DNA of 64,000 bases from Gemmatimonadaceae bacterium. GTDB lineage: Bacteria > Gemmatimonadota > Gemmatimonadetes > Gemmatimonadales > Gemmatimonadaceae. Below, one piece after another: positions 45,201-54,429 of the stretch. The notes under the pieces were generated by a model. That model made no database searches. It saw only the letters and a list, made by a program, of their open reading frames with translations, and was not told the DNA's origin. Each line of letters begins with the position of its first letter. The stretch's first letter is position 1. Where the stretch lies: assembly GCA_031421995.1 (NCBI GenBank), contig JANOPS010000127.1, positions 2,326 to 66,325 of the forward strand. Direction: 5' to 3'. The position numbers were made by a program, and so were the translations under genes.

Positions 45201-47293
45201 CCGCCGCCGCCATGCCCATGGCCTTCGAGGGGCCCGACTCCAAGAAGCGTGCCGAGTTCGCGCTGGCGATTGCGGTTGTCCTGATGATCGCGCTGATCGT
45301 CGTACCGTTGCCTGCGGTGCTGCTGGATCTCTGTCTCGCGGCGAGCATCGGTGTCTCGCTGATCGTTTTGCTTGTCTCGCTGTACACCACCAATCCGCTG
45401 GACTTCAGCGTGTTTCCCGTGCTGTTGTTATTGTTGACGCTCTTTCGCATCGGACTGAACGTCTCGTCCACGCGTCTGATCCTGACGCAGGGGCACGCGG
45501 GCAAGGTGATCGAGGCGTTCGGGCAGTTCGTGATCGGCGGCAACTACGCCGTGGGTATTGTGATTTTCCTGCTGCTCATCGGCATCAACTTCATCGTGAT
45601 TACGAAGGGTGCCGGGCGCATCGCCGAAGTCGGCGCGCGCTTTGCGCTTGATGCGATGCCGGGCAAGCAGATGGCGATCGATGCCGACCTCTCGGCTGGC
45701 TTGATTGACGAAAAGGAAGCGCGCATCCGGCGCGACGAGATTTCGCGCACCGCCGATTTCTATGGCGCGATGGACGGCGCCTCGAAGTACGTGAAAGGCG
45801 ATGCCATTCTCGGCATTCTCGTCGTTGCGGTCAACATCCTCGGCGGCATCTTCATCGGCGTCGTCCAAAAGGGCATGCCGCTCGACAAGGCCGCGAGCAC
45901 GTATACGCTGCTCACGGTTGGCGACGGTCTCGTGTCGCAATTGCCTGCGCTGATTATCAGCACGGCGGCAGGTCTCATGGTCACCAGCCCAACGGGCGGT
46001 GACCGCATGGGCGTTGTGTTGAGTCGTCAGCTTGGTGCACATCCGCGTGCCATGTGGGTCACCGCGGCCGTGTTGGGATCGTTTGCCTTGATCCCTGGGC
46101 TGCCCATGTTTCCGTTCATCACGCTGGCTGGTGGTGCGGCGATCTTAGCGCGTCTTTCCGGCAAGGCGGAAACGCGCCGAACGGACATGGCGGCCGTGTC
46201 GGCCGCGGCGCCCACCGAGATTGAGGCGCCTGCACCAGCCGATCCGATGCGCGATCTGTTGCAGATCGACCCCATCGAACTGGAAGTAGGCTACGCGCTC
46301 ATCCCGCTGATTGATGAGAGCCAAGGGGGAGACCTGCTTGAACGCATTTCGCTGCTGCGCAAGCAGGCCGCCGTCGAACTCGGCATACTCGTGCCGTCAA
46401 TTCGCATTCGCGACGATATCCGTTTGCCCGCCAATGAATATGTCATCAAGCTACGCGGCTCCGAAGTTGCGCGTGCCGAGGTGCTGCCACGATTCATGAT
46501 GGCGCTCAACACGGGCGGTGTCATCGCCGAGATCGACGGCATGGAGTCTGTTGATCCGTCGTTCGGGATGCCCGCGCGATGGATTGCTGGGTCGCGTCGC
46601 GGCGAGGCAGAATCGCTTGGCTATGTCGTCGTTGAACCCACCACCGTCGTTGCGACCCACTTGCTGGAGACCTTGAAGGCCAGTGCCGCCGATCTCCTCG
46701 GGCGTCAGGAAGTGCAGGAGATGGTGGAAACGCTCAAGAAGACGCATCCGGCGCTCGTTGAGGAGATCATCCCCGCGAAGGTTTCGCTGAGTGTGCTGCA
46801 TCGCGTACTGCAGCGCCTGTTGCGCGAGCGTGTGCCGATCCGGGATCTCGTCACGATTCTTGAAGCCCTCGGCGACGGTGCTGAGACTACAAAGGATCCT
46901 GAGGCGCTTACCGAAGTTGTTCGGAAGTCACTTACGAATGTCATCGCTCGCCTATTCGCCGATAGCACCGGCGTCGTACGCGGTATCACGATCGGTGGAC
47001 GATTGGAATCGGCACTGCTGGGCCTCTTCTCGCCGCGTGCATCGAATCCGAACGCGCCTGTTCTTACACCAGAATCACTTGCCGGTATGCTGCGCGATCT
47101 CAACAACCTTGCCACGACCTATGCGATGGATGGCCGTCCGTTGCCATTGATCACGCCTCCGTCGCTGCGCGTCGGTGTGCGCCGGCTGATCGAGCCGGTA
47201 TTGCCCAGTCTTCCGGTGGTCTCGCTGGCTGAATTGCCGGCGGCGATTACTCTGAGCAGCGTTGCCTCCTGGGAGATGCCACATGGCTCCTGA
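45197..47293 (+). CDS. flhA: Export apparatus protein FlhA
   Basis: RIAEVGARFALDAMPGKQMAIDADL, FYGAMDGASKYVKGDA, large cytoplasmic domain. Confidence 0.97.
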   Translation: MTAAAMPMAFEGPDSKKRAEFALAIAVVLMIALIVVPLPAVLLDLCLAASIGVSLIVLLVSLYTTNPLDFSVFPVLLLLLTLFRIGLNVSSTRLILTQGHAGKVIEAFGQFVIGGNYAVGIVIFLLLIGINFIVITKGAGRIAEVGARFALDAMPGKQMAIDADLSAGLIDEKEARIRRDEISRTADFYGAMDGASKYVKGDAILGILVVAVNILGGIFIGVVQKGMPLDKAASTYTLLTVGDGLVSQLPALIISTAAGLMVTSPTGGDRMGVVLSRQLGAHPRAMWVTAAVLGSFALIPGLPMFPFITLAGGAAILARLSGKAETRRTDMAAVSAAAPTEIEAPAPADPMRDLLQIDPIELEVGYALIPLIDESQGGDLLERISLLRKQAAVELGILVPSIRIRDDIRLPANEYVIKLRGSEVARAEVLPRFMMALNTGGVIAEIDGMESVDPSFGMPARWIAGSRRGEAESLGYVVVEPTTVVATHLLETLKASAADLLGRQEVQEMVETLKKTHPALVEEIIPAKVSLSVLHRVLQRLLRERVPIRDLVTILEALGDGAETTKDPEALTEVVRKSLTNVIARLFADSTGVVRGITIGGRLESALLGLFSPRASNPNAPVLTPESLAGMLRDLNNLATTYAMDGRPLPLITPPSLRVGVRRLIEPVLPSLPVVSLAELPAAITLSSVASWEMPHGS

Positions 47294-48125
47294 ACGCTTT
47301 CGTGGGGCTGACCTGTCGCAGGTCGCGGATCGTGCCCGCCGCGCATTGGGCGAGGATGTGATGATCCTGCACACGCGTACCGTGCGCGACGGCGGCGTGC
47401 CGATGGTGGAGGTGTTGGCCGCCACGTCAGACACGGTGGATCGCGTACGTGCGCGGCTTGAACCAGCGCCATTCCCCCGCAGCATGCACGCCGCAGACGG
47501 CACGCCGTATCGCATCGCGTTGGTCGGTCCGACGGGCGCGGGCAAGACGACCACGGCCGCGAAGCTCGCGGTTCGGCGCGGCATGTTCGGCACCGCGCGC
47601 ACGGGATTGCTCACTCTCGACACGTATCGTGTTGGGGGAATGGAGCAACTGGCCACGTACGCCGAGCTTGCCGACGTGCCGTTCGAAGTCATCTACGATG
47701 CGCGCGAGATCGCGGGCGCCATGAAGCGTCTGTCACAGTGCGATGTGGTGATCATCGATACCCCTGGAAGAAGCCCGGCGTCTGCAGAACTCACGGAGCG
47801 GTGGCGCACCCTGCTGGATGCGCTGACCCCAGACGAGATCCATCTGGTGCTGCCCGCCTCACTGCGTCCGGATCTCGCGGTCGATGTGGCGCGGGCCTAT
47901 GGCGCCACACGGACACATCGCGGGGCCACGCATCTGCTCATTTCCAAGATCGACGAAGTGCCTCGGGAAAGTGGAGTCGCCGACCTCGCTCTTTCGCTCG
48001 AGATGCCTTCGCGGTGGGTCACCGACGGACAGGACGTGCCGACGGATCTCAAGCCCGGCGTCGCCCGCATTCTGCGCGCCTATGGGCTCTCGGTCGATAC
48101 CGAAGCGGACTGGATGCCCGCATGA
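47283..48125 (+). CDS. flhF: SRP-family GTPase FlhF (compact)
   Basis: GPTGAGKTTTAAKLA, DTYRVG, DTPGRS, SKIDE, TDGQDVP; follows flhA. Confidence 0.92.
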   Translation: MAPERFRGADLSQVADRARRALGEDVMILHTRTVRDGGVPMVEVLAATSDTVDRVRARLEPAPFPRSMHAADGTPYRIALVGPTGAGKTTTAAKLAVRRGMFGTARTGLLTLDTYRVGGMEQLATYAELADVPFEVIYDAREIAGAMKRLSQCDVVIIDTPGRSPASAELTERWRTLLDALTPDEIHLVLPASLRPDLAVDVARAYGATRTHRGATHLLISKIDEVPRESGVADLALSLEMPSRWVTDGQDVPTDLKPGVARILRAYGLSVDTEADWMPA

Positions 48126-49006
48126 GTGTCTCTCTCGCCTCACCCATGCAGCATGTCGCGACACAGCTGGACGTGTTACGTCAGCGCCGATCCGACGCAC
48201 TCACGCCAACTCGCGGACATGAGGCCGTCGCTGGCGTGCCCACGTTGCTCTGCGCCAGTGGCCGCGGCGGCAGTGGTACCACGCTGCTCTCCGCGCTGCT
48301 TGCCGTAGCCGCCGCGGGCGACGGGTATCGCGTGCTCTTGGTTGATGCTGATGAACATGTTGGCCCGTTGGCGATGCTACTTGGTGTGAAGCCGCGTGGC
48401 AGTTGGCAAGATGTCCGCGGTGGGCAGTTTGGCGCGATTGATGTGGCAACGCCGCTGAGTACAACGCTTACGCTTGTCGCCGGTGGTCCGGCGCTCCGCA
48501 CAACCCAGAACGCATCGCCGATCACCGCCGCCGAACGGCGCGCCTGCCTGCGTCGCATCAGCGCACTCGCGCACGGCATGGACCTGGTGGTGATGGACTG
48601 TGGTTCACGGTTCGAAACCGTCATGGCGTCCGTCGCGCCACATGAAGGTGAGCGTCTGCTCGCCATCACCGCCAGCGTCGATCCCATCGGTCTCGCCGCG
48701 ACATATGCGCTGTGCAAGGCGGTGCATGCACGACACAGCGCGTTGCCACTTGATGTGCTTGTCAACCGGCATGACGGCAACGACGCCTTGCGCTGCTTCG
48801 AGGCCATTGATGCCGGTGCCCGCCAGTTCCTCGCCTGCGCACTTGGCCACGCTGGTGCAGTACCCAGTGATCCAACCCTTGATGCGGCACTTCGCGCGGG
48901 AATGCCCTTCCCCGACGCCGCTGCCGGTTCGCCCGCCGCTATCGCCGCACACGAGATCGTGATGCACACACTCGCTCGTTCGTTTTCTCCTCGAAAAGGT
49001 GTCTGA
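48122..49006 (+). CDS. flhG: FlhG/FleN (MinD-like) protein with a degenerate Walker A motif
   Basis: Between flhF and fliA; RVLLVDAD, LVAGG, DLVVMDCG; the P-loop reads SGRGGSGTT. Confidence 0.8.
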   Translation: MSVSLASPMQHVATQLDVLRQRRSDALTPTRGHEAVAGVPTLLCASGRGGSGTTLLSALLAVAAAGDGYRVLLVDADEHVGPLAMLLGVKPRGSWQDVRGGQFGAIDVATPLSTTLTLVAGGPALRTTQNASPITAAERRACLRRISALAHGMDLVVMDCGSRFETVMASVAPHEGERLLAITASVDPIGLAATYALCKAVHARHSALPLDVLVNRHDGNDALRCFEAIDAGARQFLACALGHAGAVPSDPTLDAALRAGMPFPDAAAGSPAAIAAHEIVMHTLARSFSPRKGV

Positions 49007-49008
49007 TT

Positions 49009-49797
49009 GTGACCACTGCTACGCCCCAAGGATCACCGGCCATGAACACCGCGCTCTGGCAGTCGTATCACGCAGGAAGTGACGCCGCGCGTGATACGCT
49101 GCTCGTCGAGCATTTGGGACTGGTGCATCATGTCGCTCGACAAGTCTCACGAACGCTCGCCGTGCGCGCCGACTTTGATGAACTCGTGAGTGCCGGCACG
49201 ATGGGGCTGATGGCGGCGCTGGAGGGATTTGATGCCACGCGCGGACTCGCCTTCAGCACCTTTGCGGCGCCGCGTATTCGCGGCGCCATCCTCGATGAAC
49301 TGCGCAAACAAGATCACGTGCCGCGGTCTATTCGCCGCAAGACGCGCGAGATGAGCGCGGCCCGCGAGGCATGGATGCGCGCCCACGGTCGCGCACCCGA
49401 TGATCGGGAGTTGGCGGCGCAACTCAATGTGGACATGGATACGCTGTGGCGTTGGAAGGCGGACGTCGAAGGCGCACATCATATCCCCATCGATCGAGCC
49501 CCTGGTGAGCGTGACAACAGTGCTCCCGCATATTCGGAACTCTCGGCAGGCAGCGAACACTCCGAGGTCGAGGAGCAGCTCACGCACGAGCAAGAGGTTG
49601 ACCATCTGAAAGACGCGCTGCTGCGTCTCAAGGCGCAGGAGCGCATTGTGTTGTCGCTCTACTACTTCGAGGAGTTGAAGCTGCACGAGATCGCGAAGGT
49701 GCTCGAGCTCACGGAATCGCGCGTGTCGCAGATCCGCTCAAAGGCGCTCAGCAAACTCCGGCTCGATCTCAAGCCCATGCGGGGCATCTTCGCATGA
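49009..49797 (+). CDS. fliA: RNA polymerase sigma factor FliA (sigma28)
   Basis: DELVSAGTMGLMAAL..FD..RG..FSTFAAPRIRGAILDELRKQD, region 4 YYFEELKLHEIAKVLELTESRVSQI. Confidence 0.95.
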   Translation: MTTATPQGSPAMNTALWQSYHAGSDAARDTLLVEHLGLVHHVARQVSRTLAVRADFDELVSAGTMGLMAALEGFDATRGLAFSTFAAPRIRGAILDELRKQDHVPRSIRRKTREMSAAREAWMRAHGRAPDDRELAAQLNVDMDTLWRWKADVEGAHHIPIDRAPGERDNSAPAYSELSAGSEHSEVEEQLTHEQEVDHLKDALLRLKAQERIVLSLYYFEELKLHEIAKVLELTESRVSQIRSKALSKLRLDLKPMRGIFA

Positions 49798-50429
49798 GTG
49801 CGGGCAGCCATCCCGCGATACCGTCGCAAAAAGCGGCGTCGCCGGTGTCATCGCGCGTACAGCCGATCCTCCAGCGCCTGCGGGTCGCAACCAGAAAGTC
49901 GGTTTTGCTGCGAGTGCTGTTGGTCAGCCTGCTGGCCATGGCGGTCACCACGGCCGGCGTGGTGGCCGGTGCGTTGGTGGTCGCTCCAGTGGTCGCCCAG
50001 GCGGATGCGCTCGGTGCCGGGACAGCGCTGTCGTCTCAGCTGGCGACCGTGTCAGCCGCCGCCGGAACCGCCGCACGCGACGCGTGGAGCCGTGTCGACC
50101 GTATGACGGCCGAGCAACTCGCGACCTTGCCCGATCCTGTGGCCAGATATCTGCTGCCATCGATCGCGATCCTCTCCATCATCGGTGCCGTGTTGGCGTT
50201 GCTCCTCCCGTCTCGCACACCGGGCGTGACGAAGACGCGCACTCCGCCGACGAACAGCACCAGACTTGTGACCAGAAAGCACCGCACGCCGAAAGCCGTC
50301 GAAGCGTTGGCCGCGTCGGGTGCCTCCACCGCCGACATCGCGTGGAAGACGGGCCTGCCAATCGATGCCGTCAAACTGCTGCTCGCCATTTCTTCCGGCC
50401 CTCGGCAAGTCCATCCGGATACGGCATGA
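49794..50429 (+). CDS. Membrane protein with a C-terminal HTH-like tail (similar to the post-fliA DUF2802/YlxL-type genes)
   Basis: Two hydrophobic segments and KAVEALAASGASTADIAWKTGLPIDAVKLLLAI; ATGA overlap with fliA. Confidence 0.6.
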   Translation: MSAGSHPAIPSQKAASPVSSRVQPILQRLRVATRKSVLLRVLLVSLLAMAVTTAGVVAGALVVAPVVAQADALGAGTALSSQLATVSAAAGTAARDAWSRVDRMTAEQLATLPDPVARYLLPSIAILSIIGAVLALLLPSRTPGVTKTRTPPTNSTRLVTRKHRTPKAVEALAASGASTADIAWKTGLPIDAVKLLLAISSGPRQVHPDTA

Positions 50430-50453
50430 ACTGCCGTGCGGCGTTTTGTGCCG
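50403..50453. promoter_or_regulatory. Three tandem enhancer-like palindromes upstream of the flgF promoter
   Basis: CGGCAAGTCCATCCG (50403-17), CGGCATGAACTGCCG (50422-36), CGGCGTTTTGTGCCG (50439-53). Confidence 0.68.
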
Positions 50454-50521
50454 CCTGCCACGTCGGTCTGAGAGAAATCCCGTTAACGCCTTACTGGCAA
50501 ACACTTTAGCACAATGTCTTT

Positions 50522-50546
50522 TGGTCGGGCCACTGTGGCCCGACCA
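50522..50546. repeat. Perfect 12-bp inverted repeat overlapping the flgF sigma54 -24 box
   Basis: TGGTCGGGCCAC-T-GTGGCCCGACCA. Confidence 0.85.
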
Positions 50547-50551
50547 TTGCG
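50536..50551 (+). promoter_or_regulatory. sigma54 promoter of the flgF operon
   Basis: TGGCCCGACCATTGCG (GG-N10-GC). Confidence 0.75.
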
Positions 50552-50594
50552 TTTAGGGGAGTTGACTTCGTACACCCTTTCCCTAACGCGCACC

Positions 50595-51299
50595 ATGCCA
50601 GATCCCGTACGCCTGAACGGAATGAGCAGCTCCGCCGCCGCCCTCCAGATGCTGGAGCGACGGCAGCAGGTGCTGTCCAACAATCTCGCCAACGCCTCAA
50701 CACGCGGCTTCAAGGCCGAAGCGGCGTTCACGCGCATGATGAACGACGCGATGGCCGTCACCGATACGGCGCTCGATCTCACGCAAGGCACGCTGACCGA
50801 GACCCACAACGCGCTCGATCTGGCGATTGAAGGTGAAGGGTTTTTCGTCACACAGACGCCGGCGGGCGATCGCTTCGTGCGCAACGGCAGCTTCCGCCTC
50901 GACCCCGATCGTCGCCTCGTCGACGACAAGGGCAACGCCGTGCTCGGCGACGACGGGGCGATTGTCCTGCCGCCTGGCGACATCGAGATCGACAAGGACG
51001 GCATGGTCAAGGTGAACGGCAAACCGGTGCAGCGCCTCCGCGTCGAGCGCGTTCCCGTGGGCACACAGCTCGAACACGAGGGCGGCACACAATTTGTGCC
51101 GGACAAATTACGACAGGTCGTGCCCCCCGACGAGCGCGTCGTGCGACAGGGCTTCGTGGAAGAGTCCAACGTCAACCCGATGTCAGCGATGACCTCGATG
51201 CTTGAACTGCTGCACCGATACGGCGCTGCCCAGAAAGCGCTCTCCACCATCGACGCGGTTCGCGGCATCGCCGTGACCGATCTCGCCAAACCCGTCTAA
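50595..51299 (+). CDS. flgF: Basal-body rod protein FlgF
   Basis: LSNNLANASTRGFK, THNALDLAIEGEGFF, RNGSFRL, EESNVNPM; first of two rod paralogs. Confidence 0.88.
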   Translation: MPDPVRLNGMSSSAAALQMLERRQQVLSNNLANASTRGFKAEAAFTRMMNDAMAVTDTALDLTQGTLTETHNALDLAIEGEGFFVTQTPAGDRFVRNGSFRLDPDRRLVDDKGNAVLGDDGAIVLPPGDIEIDKDGMVKVNGKPVQRLRVERVPVGTQLEHEGGTQFVPDKLRQVVPPDERVVRQGFVEESNVNPMSAMTSMLELLHRYGAAQKALSTIDAVRGIAVTDLAKPV

Positions 51300-51312
51300 C
51301 AGGAACGATTCT

Positions 51313-52101
51313 ATGGATCCGGCACTCCGCGCCGCCGCCACTGGCATGATGGCGCAGCAAACACGCACCGAAGTCATCTCCAATAACCTGGCGAACGTCA
51401 ACACGCCGGGCTTCAAGCGCAGCCGCGCGCACTTTGAAGATCTGCTGTATCAGACCGTGCAAGGACAGCAGATTCTCGGCGATCCGGACACGCAGACCAG
51501 CCCAGCGGTCCAAGTCGGTCGCGGCACGCGGCTGGCGGGCGTGCAACGCATGCACCAGCAAGGGCCGCTCGAACAAACCAATCGCAACCTGGACATCGCT
51601 GTTGAGGGCGAGGGGTTCTTTCAGCTCCAGATGCCCGATGGGAGCACCACCTACACACGCGACGGCAGCTTTCAGATCTCCGATCAGGGATTGCTGGTGG
51701 CCAGCAGTGGACAGGCGTTGCAGCCACCCATTCGCGTCCCTGCAGACTCCGCCGAACTCACCATCTCCAGCTCCGGCATTGTCAGTGTTCGCCGCGGCCA
51801 GGAAATCCAACCCACCGAGATCGGCCGCATTGAGCTTGCCCGCTTTGCCAATCCGTCGGGACTGATCGCACTCGGACAGAACTTGTATGCACCGACAGCG
51901 GCATCGGGTCAGCCCGTTGTGGGATTCCCCGCCGATGAAGGCATGGGTCGCACGCAACAAGGCAGTCTGGAAGGCAGCAACGTCGAGATCGTGCAGGAGA
52001 TGGTGGAGATGATCAGCGCCATGCGTGCCTATGAAATCAATTCGAAGGCCATCAAGACGGCCGACGAAATGGGCCAGATCGCGAACAACATCACGCGCTA
52101 G
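51313..52101 (+). CDS. flgG: Distal rod protein FlgG
   Basis: AATGMMAQQTRTEVISNNLANVNTPGFKRSRAHFEDLLYQT...QGSLEGSNVEIVQEMVEMISAMRAYEINSK. Confidence 0.96.
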   Translation: MDPALRAAATGMMAQQTRTEVISNNLANVNTPGFKRSRAHFEDLLYQTVQGQQILGDPDTQTSPAVQVGRGTRLAGVQRMHQQGPLEQTNRNLDIAVEGEGFFQLQMPDGSTTYTRDGSFQISDQGLLVASSGQALQPPIRVPADSAELTISSSGIVSVRRGQEIQPTEIGRIELARFANPSGLIALGQNLYAPTAASGQPVVGFPADEGMGRTQQGSLEGSNVEIVQEMVEMISAMRAYEINSKAIKTADEMGQIANNITR

Positions 52102-52625
52102 TGCTCGCACACATGTTCGCCCGTCTTACCGCCGTCGCGCTGGTCGCACTCACCGTGTTGTCGCCGCTGTGGTCATCACTCGCGGCGCAGGGTGCCGACA
52201 CCAGCCTCGTCGCTCGGTCCGCGGCACCGCCAAGTGGTACGGTACGCGTGCGACTGTCCGTTTCCACGCGGGCGTTGCAGCGTGGTGACACGCTGCGTGC
52301 TGCCGATATCGCCGTGGTCGACACCGCCATCGTCTGGCGCTGGTCCACCGCCATACCTGACACATCGCGCGCGCAAGTCGGCTGGGTGACACGACGGCCG
52401 ATCGCTGCCGGTGAAGTCCTTCGCTATCCCGCGGTCGGCCAGCCGCCGCTGGTGCACGTCGGCCAGCGGGTGTCGGCCGTGTATCAGGATGGACCCGTGC
52501 GCATTCTCCTTACAGGCACCGCCACCAACAGCGCGCCACTCGGCGCACCCGTCGGCGTTCGCATCGACCCGACCCGCAGGCTCGACGGAATTGCCGTCGC
52601 GCTCAACACCGTTCGACTTCGCTAA
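52101..52625 (+). CDS. flgA: P-ring formation chaperone FlgA (short form)
   Basis: Signal peptide, SAF-like TRRPIAAGEVL, PPLVHVGQRV; between flgG and flgH. Confidence 0.82.
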   Translation: MLAHMFARLTAVALVALTVLSPLWSSLAAQGADTSLVARSAAPPSGTVRVRLSVSTRALQRGDTLRAADIAVVDTAIVWRWSTAIPDTSRAQVGWVTRRPIAAGEVLRYPAVGQPPLVHVGQRVSAVYQDGPVRILLTGTATNSAPLGAPVGVRIDPTRRLDGIAVALNTVRLR

Positions 52626-52636
52626 GGCTCTCGCTT

Positions 52637-53365
52637 ATGCAACGCGCCGTCACTTCGCCTTCATCGCCACACGCCACACTGCATGCGTCTCTGCATGCGT
52701 CATCGCGTCGACTGATCGTCGCCGCACTGTTGGTCAGCGCCTCGCGCCTCGGCGCGCAGGCCGCACCAACGACACCACCCGCCGGCACACCGACGCCCGC
52801 CGGCGCGCCCGGTGCGACCATCGCTGCGACAACGGCGTCCAACACTACCACGCGGCCGCCTCGCGAGTCGTGGACCAGCGATCGACGGAACTACGTCGTC
52901 GGCGATCTCATCACCGTCCTGATCGACGACTACACCATCTCGACCGCACTCAAGGAAAACATGGCGACGGATACGCGCACCCGTGGCCTGTCCGCCAGCG
53001 CCCGGCTGCCAACGGCCACCGGCTCAAACAAGAACCTCGGTATTGATACCAGAAACACCTCAGACCAACAACAGCGCGGATCCGCACGACGTGAAAACCG
53101 GTTCCAAAACGAACTGAGCGTACGCGTCATTGCGATCGCGCCGAATGGTCTGCTGCAACTCAAGGGCACCAAAAACATCAACATCGACAAAAGCGGTCAA
53201 GACGTGGTCTTCACCGGCTACGTGCGACCACAGGACATTTCAATCACCAACATGGTGGAGTCCAATCGCGTTGCAGATGCCCAGTTGGGTTATCTGTCGC
53301 CCGGCCCGCTCGGCAAGCCGAAACAAGGCATGGTGACCAAACTCTTGGGAGCGTTCTGGCCATGA
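52637..53365 (+). CDS. flgH: L-ring protein FlgH (no lipobox Cys)
   Basis: SDRRNYVVGDLITVLI, VRVIAIAPNGLLQLKG, TGYVRPQDI, VESNRVADAQLGY. Confidence 0.9.
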   Translation: MQRAVTSPSSPHATLHASLHASSRRLIVAALLVSASRLGAQAAPTTPPAGTPTPAGAPGATIAATTASNTTTRPPRESWTSDRRNYVVGDLITVLIDDYTISTALKENMATDTRTRGLSASARLPTATGSNKNLGIDTRNTSDQQQRGSARRENRFQNELSVRVIAIAPNGLLQLKGTKNINIDKSGQDVVFTGYVRPQDISITNMVESNRVADAQLGYLSPGPLGKPKQGMVTKLLGAFWP

Positions 53366-54429
53366 GCATGATGCGATCGTTCGCCTGTCGTGCGCGGCAG
53401 GTCTTCCTGCGCTCCACCATCCTCGTTGCGCTCCCGTTCGCGGCGCACGCACAGGGTGACGTCAAGATTCGCGACATCACCTCGCCCGAAGGCGCCCTGC
53501 CCGTTCGCCTCGTCGGCTACGGACTGGTCGTTGGACTGGATGGCACCGGTGACCGTGCGGTGGGTGGCCAGTCGGCCGGACAGACCGTACAAGGCGTACT
53601 CAACATTCTCCGACGCTTCAACATTGAAGTCCCGGCCGACCTGATTCGCATGCGTAATGTCGCGGCCGTTTTGGTCACTGCGGAAGTCTCTCCGTTCCTG
53701 CGATCGAGCGGCCGCTTCGAGGTGCATGTGTCGTCCATGGGCGACGCGCGATCACTGAAAGGCGGCGTGCTCTACATGACACCGCTCGTCGCAGATCCCA
53801 ACGGGCCGGCGCTGGCTACTGCGCAGGGCAGTGTGTTGGTCAGCGAAGGTGGCGCTGCAACGCGGTACGCCGCGACGATCGAAACATCGGCGCGCATCCC
53901 TACGGGCGGCGTCCTCGAAGCGGACCTGCCACGGCCCACGATTGCGGCGACGTCGCGACTCTTGCTGCGCGAGCCTGACCTTGGCACCGCATCACGCATT
54001 GCCACCGCGATCAACACGGCCTTTGGCGACAAAACCGCCGTAGTCGAAGACGAAGGATCCGTGCAGGTCACGCTTGCCGACAGCATGGTGAAGGCGACCG
54101 CGTATACCAAGATCCGCGAACTCAGTATTCGCCCTGAACGTGCGCCACGTTTGGTGATTGACGGAAAAGACGGCACCGTAGTTGCTGGCGGTGACATGAC
54201 CGTTGGCGCCGCCACCGTCAGTCACGGGGCCATCACACTCGCCCTCGGTCCGGATGTATCGGCCGACACGAGTGCGGTACCTGGCAGCGTACGGCTCCCG
54301 GCCAACATCTCGGTGCAGCGTGTCGCGGCGGCCCTGCACGCGGTGCGCACGCCACCGGCGGAGATCGCCGCGATCTTTGCCGCACTGCGCGAAGTGGGCG
54401 CGCTCATGGCTGAGGTCATCATTCGATGA
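53362..54429 (+). CDS. flgI: P-ring protein FlgI
   Basis: LVGYGLVVGLDGTGD, NVAAVLVTA, SSMGDARSLKGG.L, GTVVAGG, VSHGAI. Confidence 0.96.
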   Translation: MSMMRSFACRARQVFLRSTILVALPFAAHAQGDVKIRDITSPEGALPVRLVGYGLVVGLDGTGDRAVGGQSAGQTVQGVLNILRRFNIEVPADLIRMRNVAAVLVTAEVSPFLRSSGRFEVHVSSMGDARSLKGGVLYMTPLVADPNGPALATAQGSVLVSEGGAATRYAATIETSARIPTGGVLEADLPRPTIAATSRLLLREPDLGTASRIATAINTAFGDKTAVVEDEGSVQVTLADSMVKATAYTKIRELSIRPERAPRLVIDGKDGTVVAGGDMTVGAATVSHGAITLALGPDVSADTSAVPGSVRLPANISVQRVAAALHAVRTPPAEIAAIFAALREVGALMAEVIIR

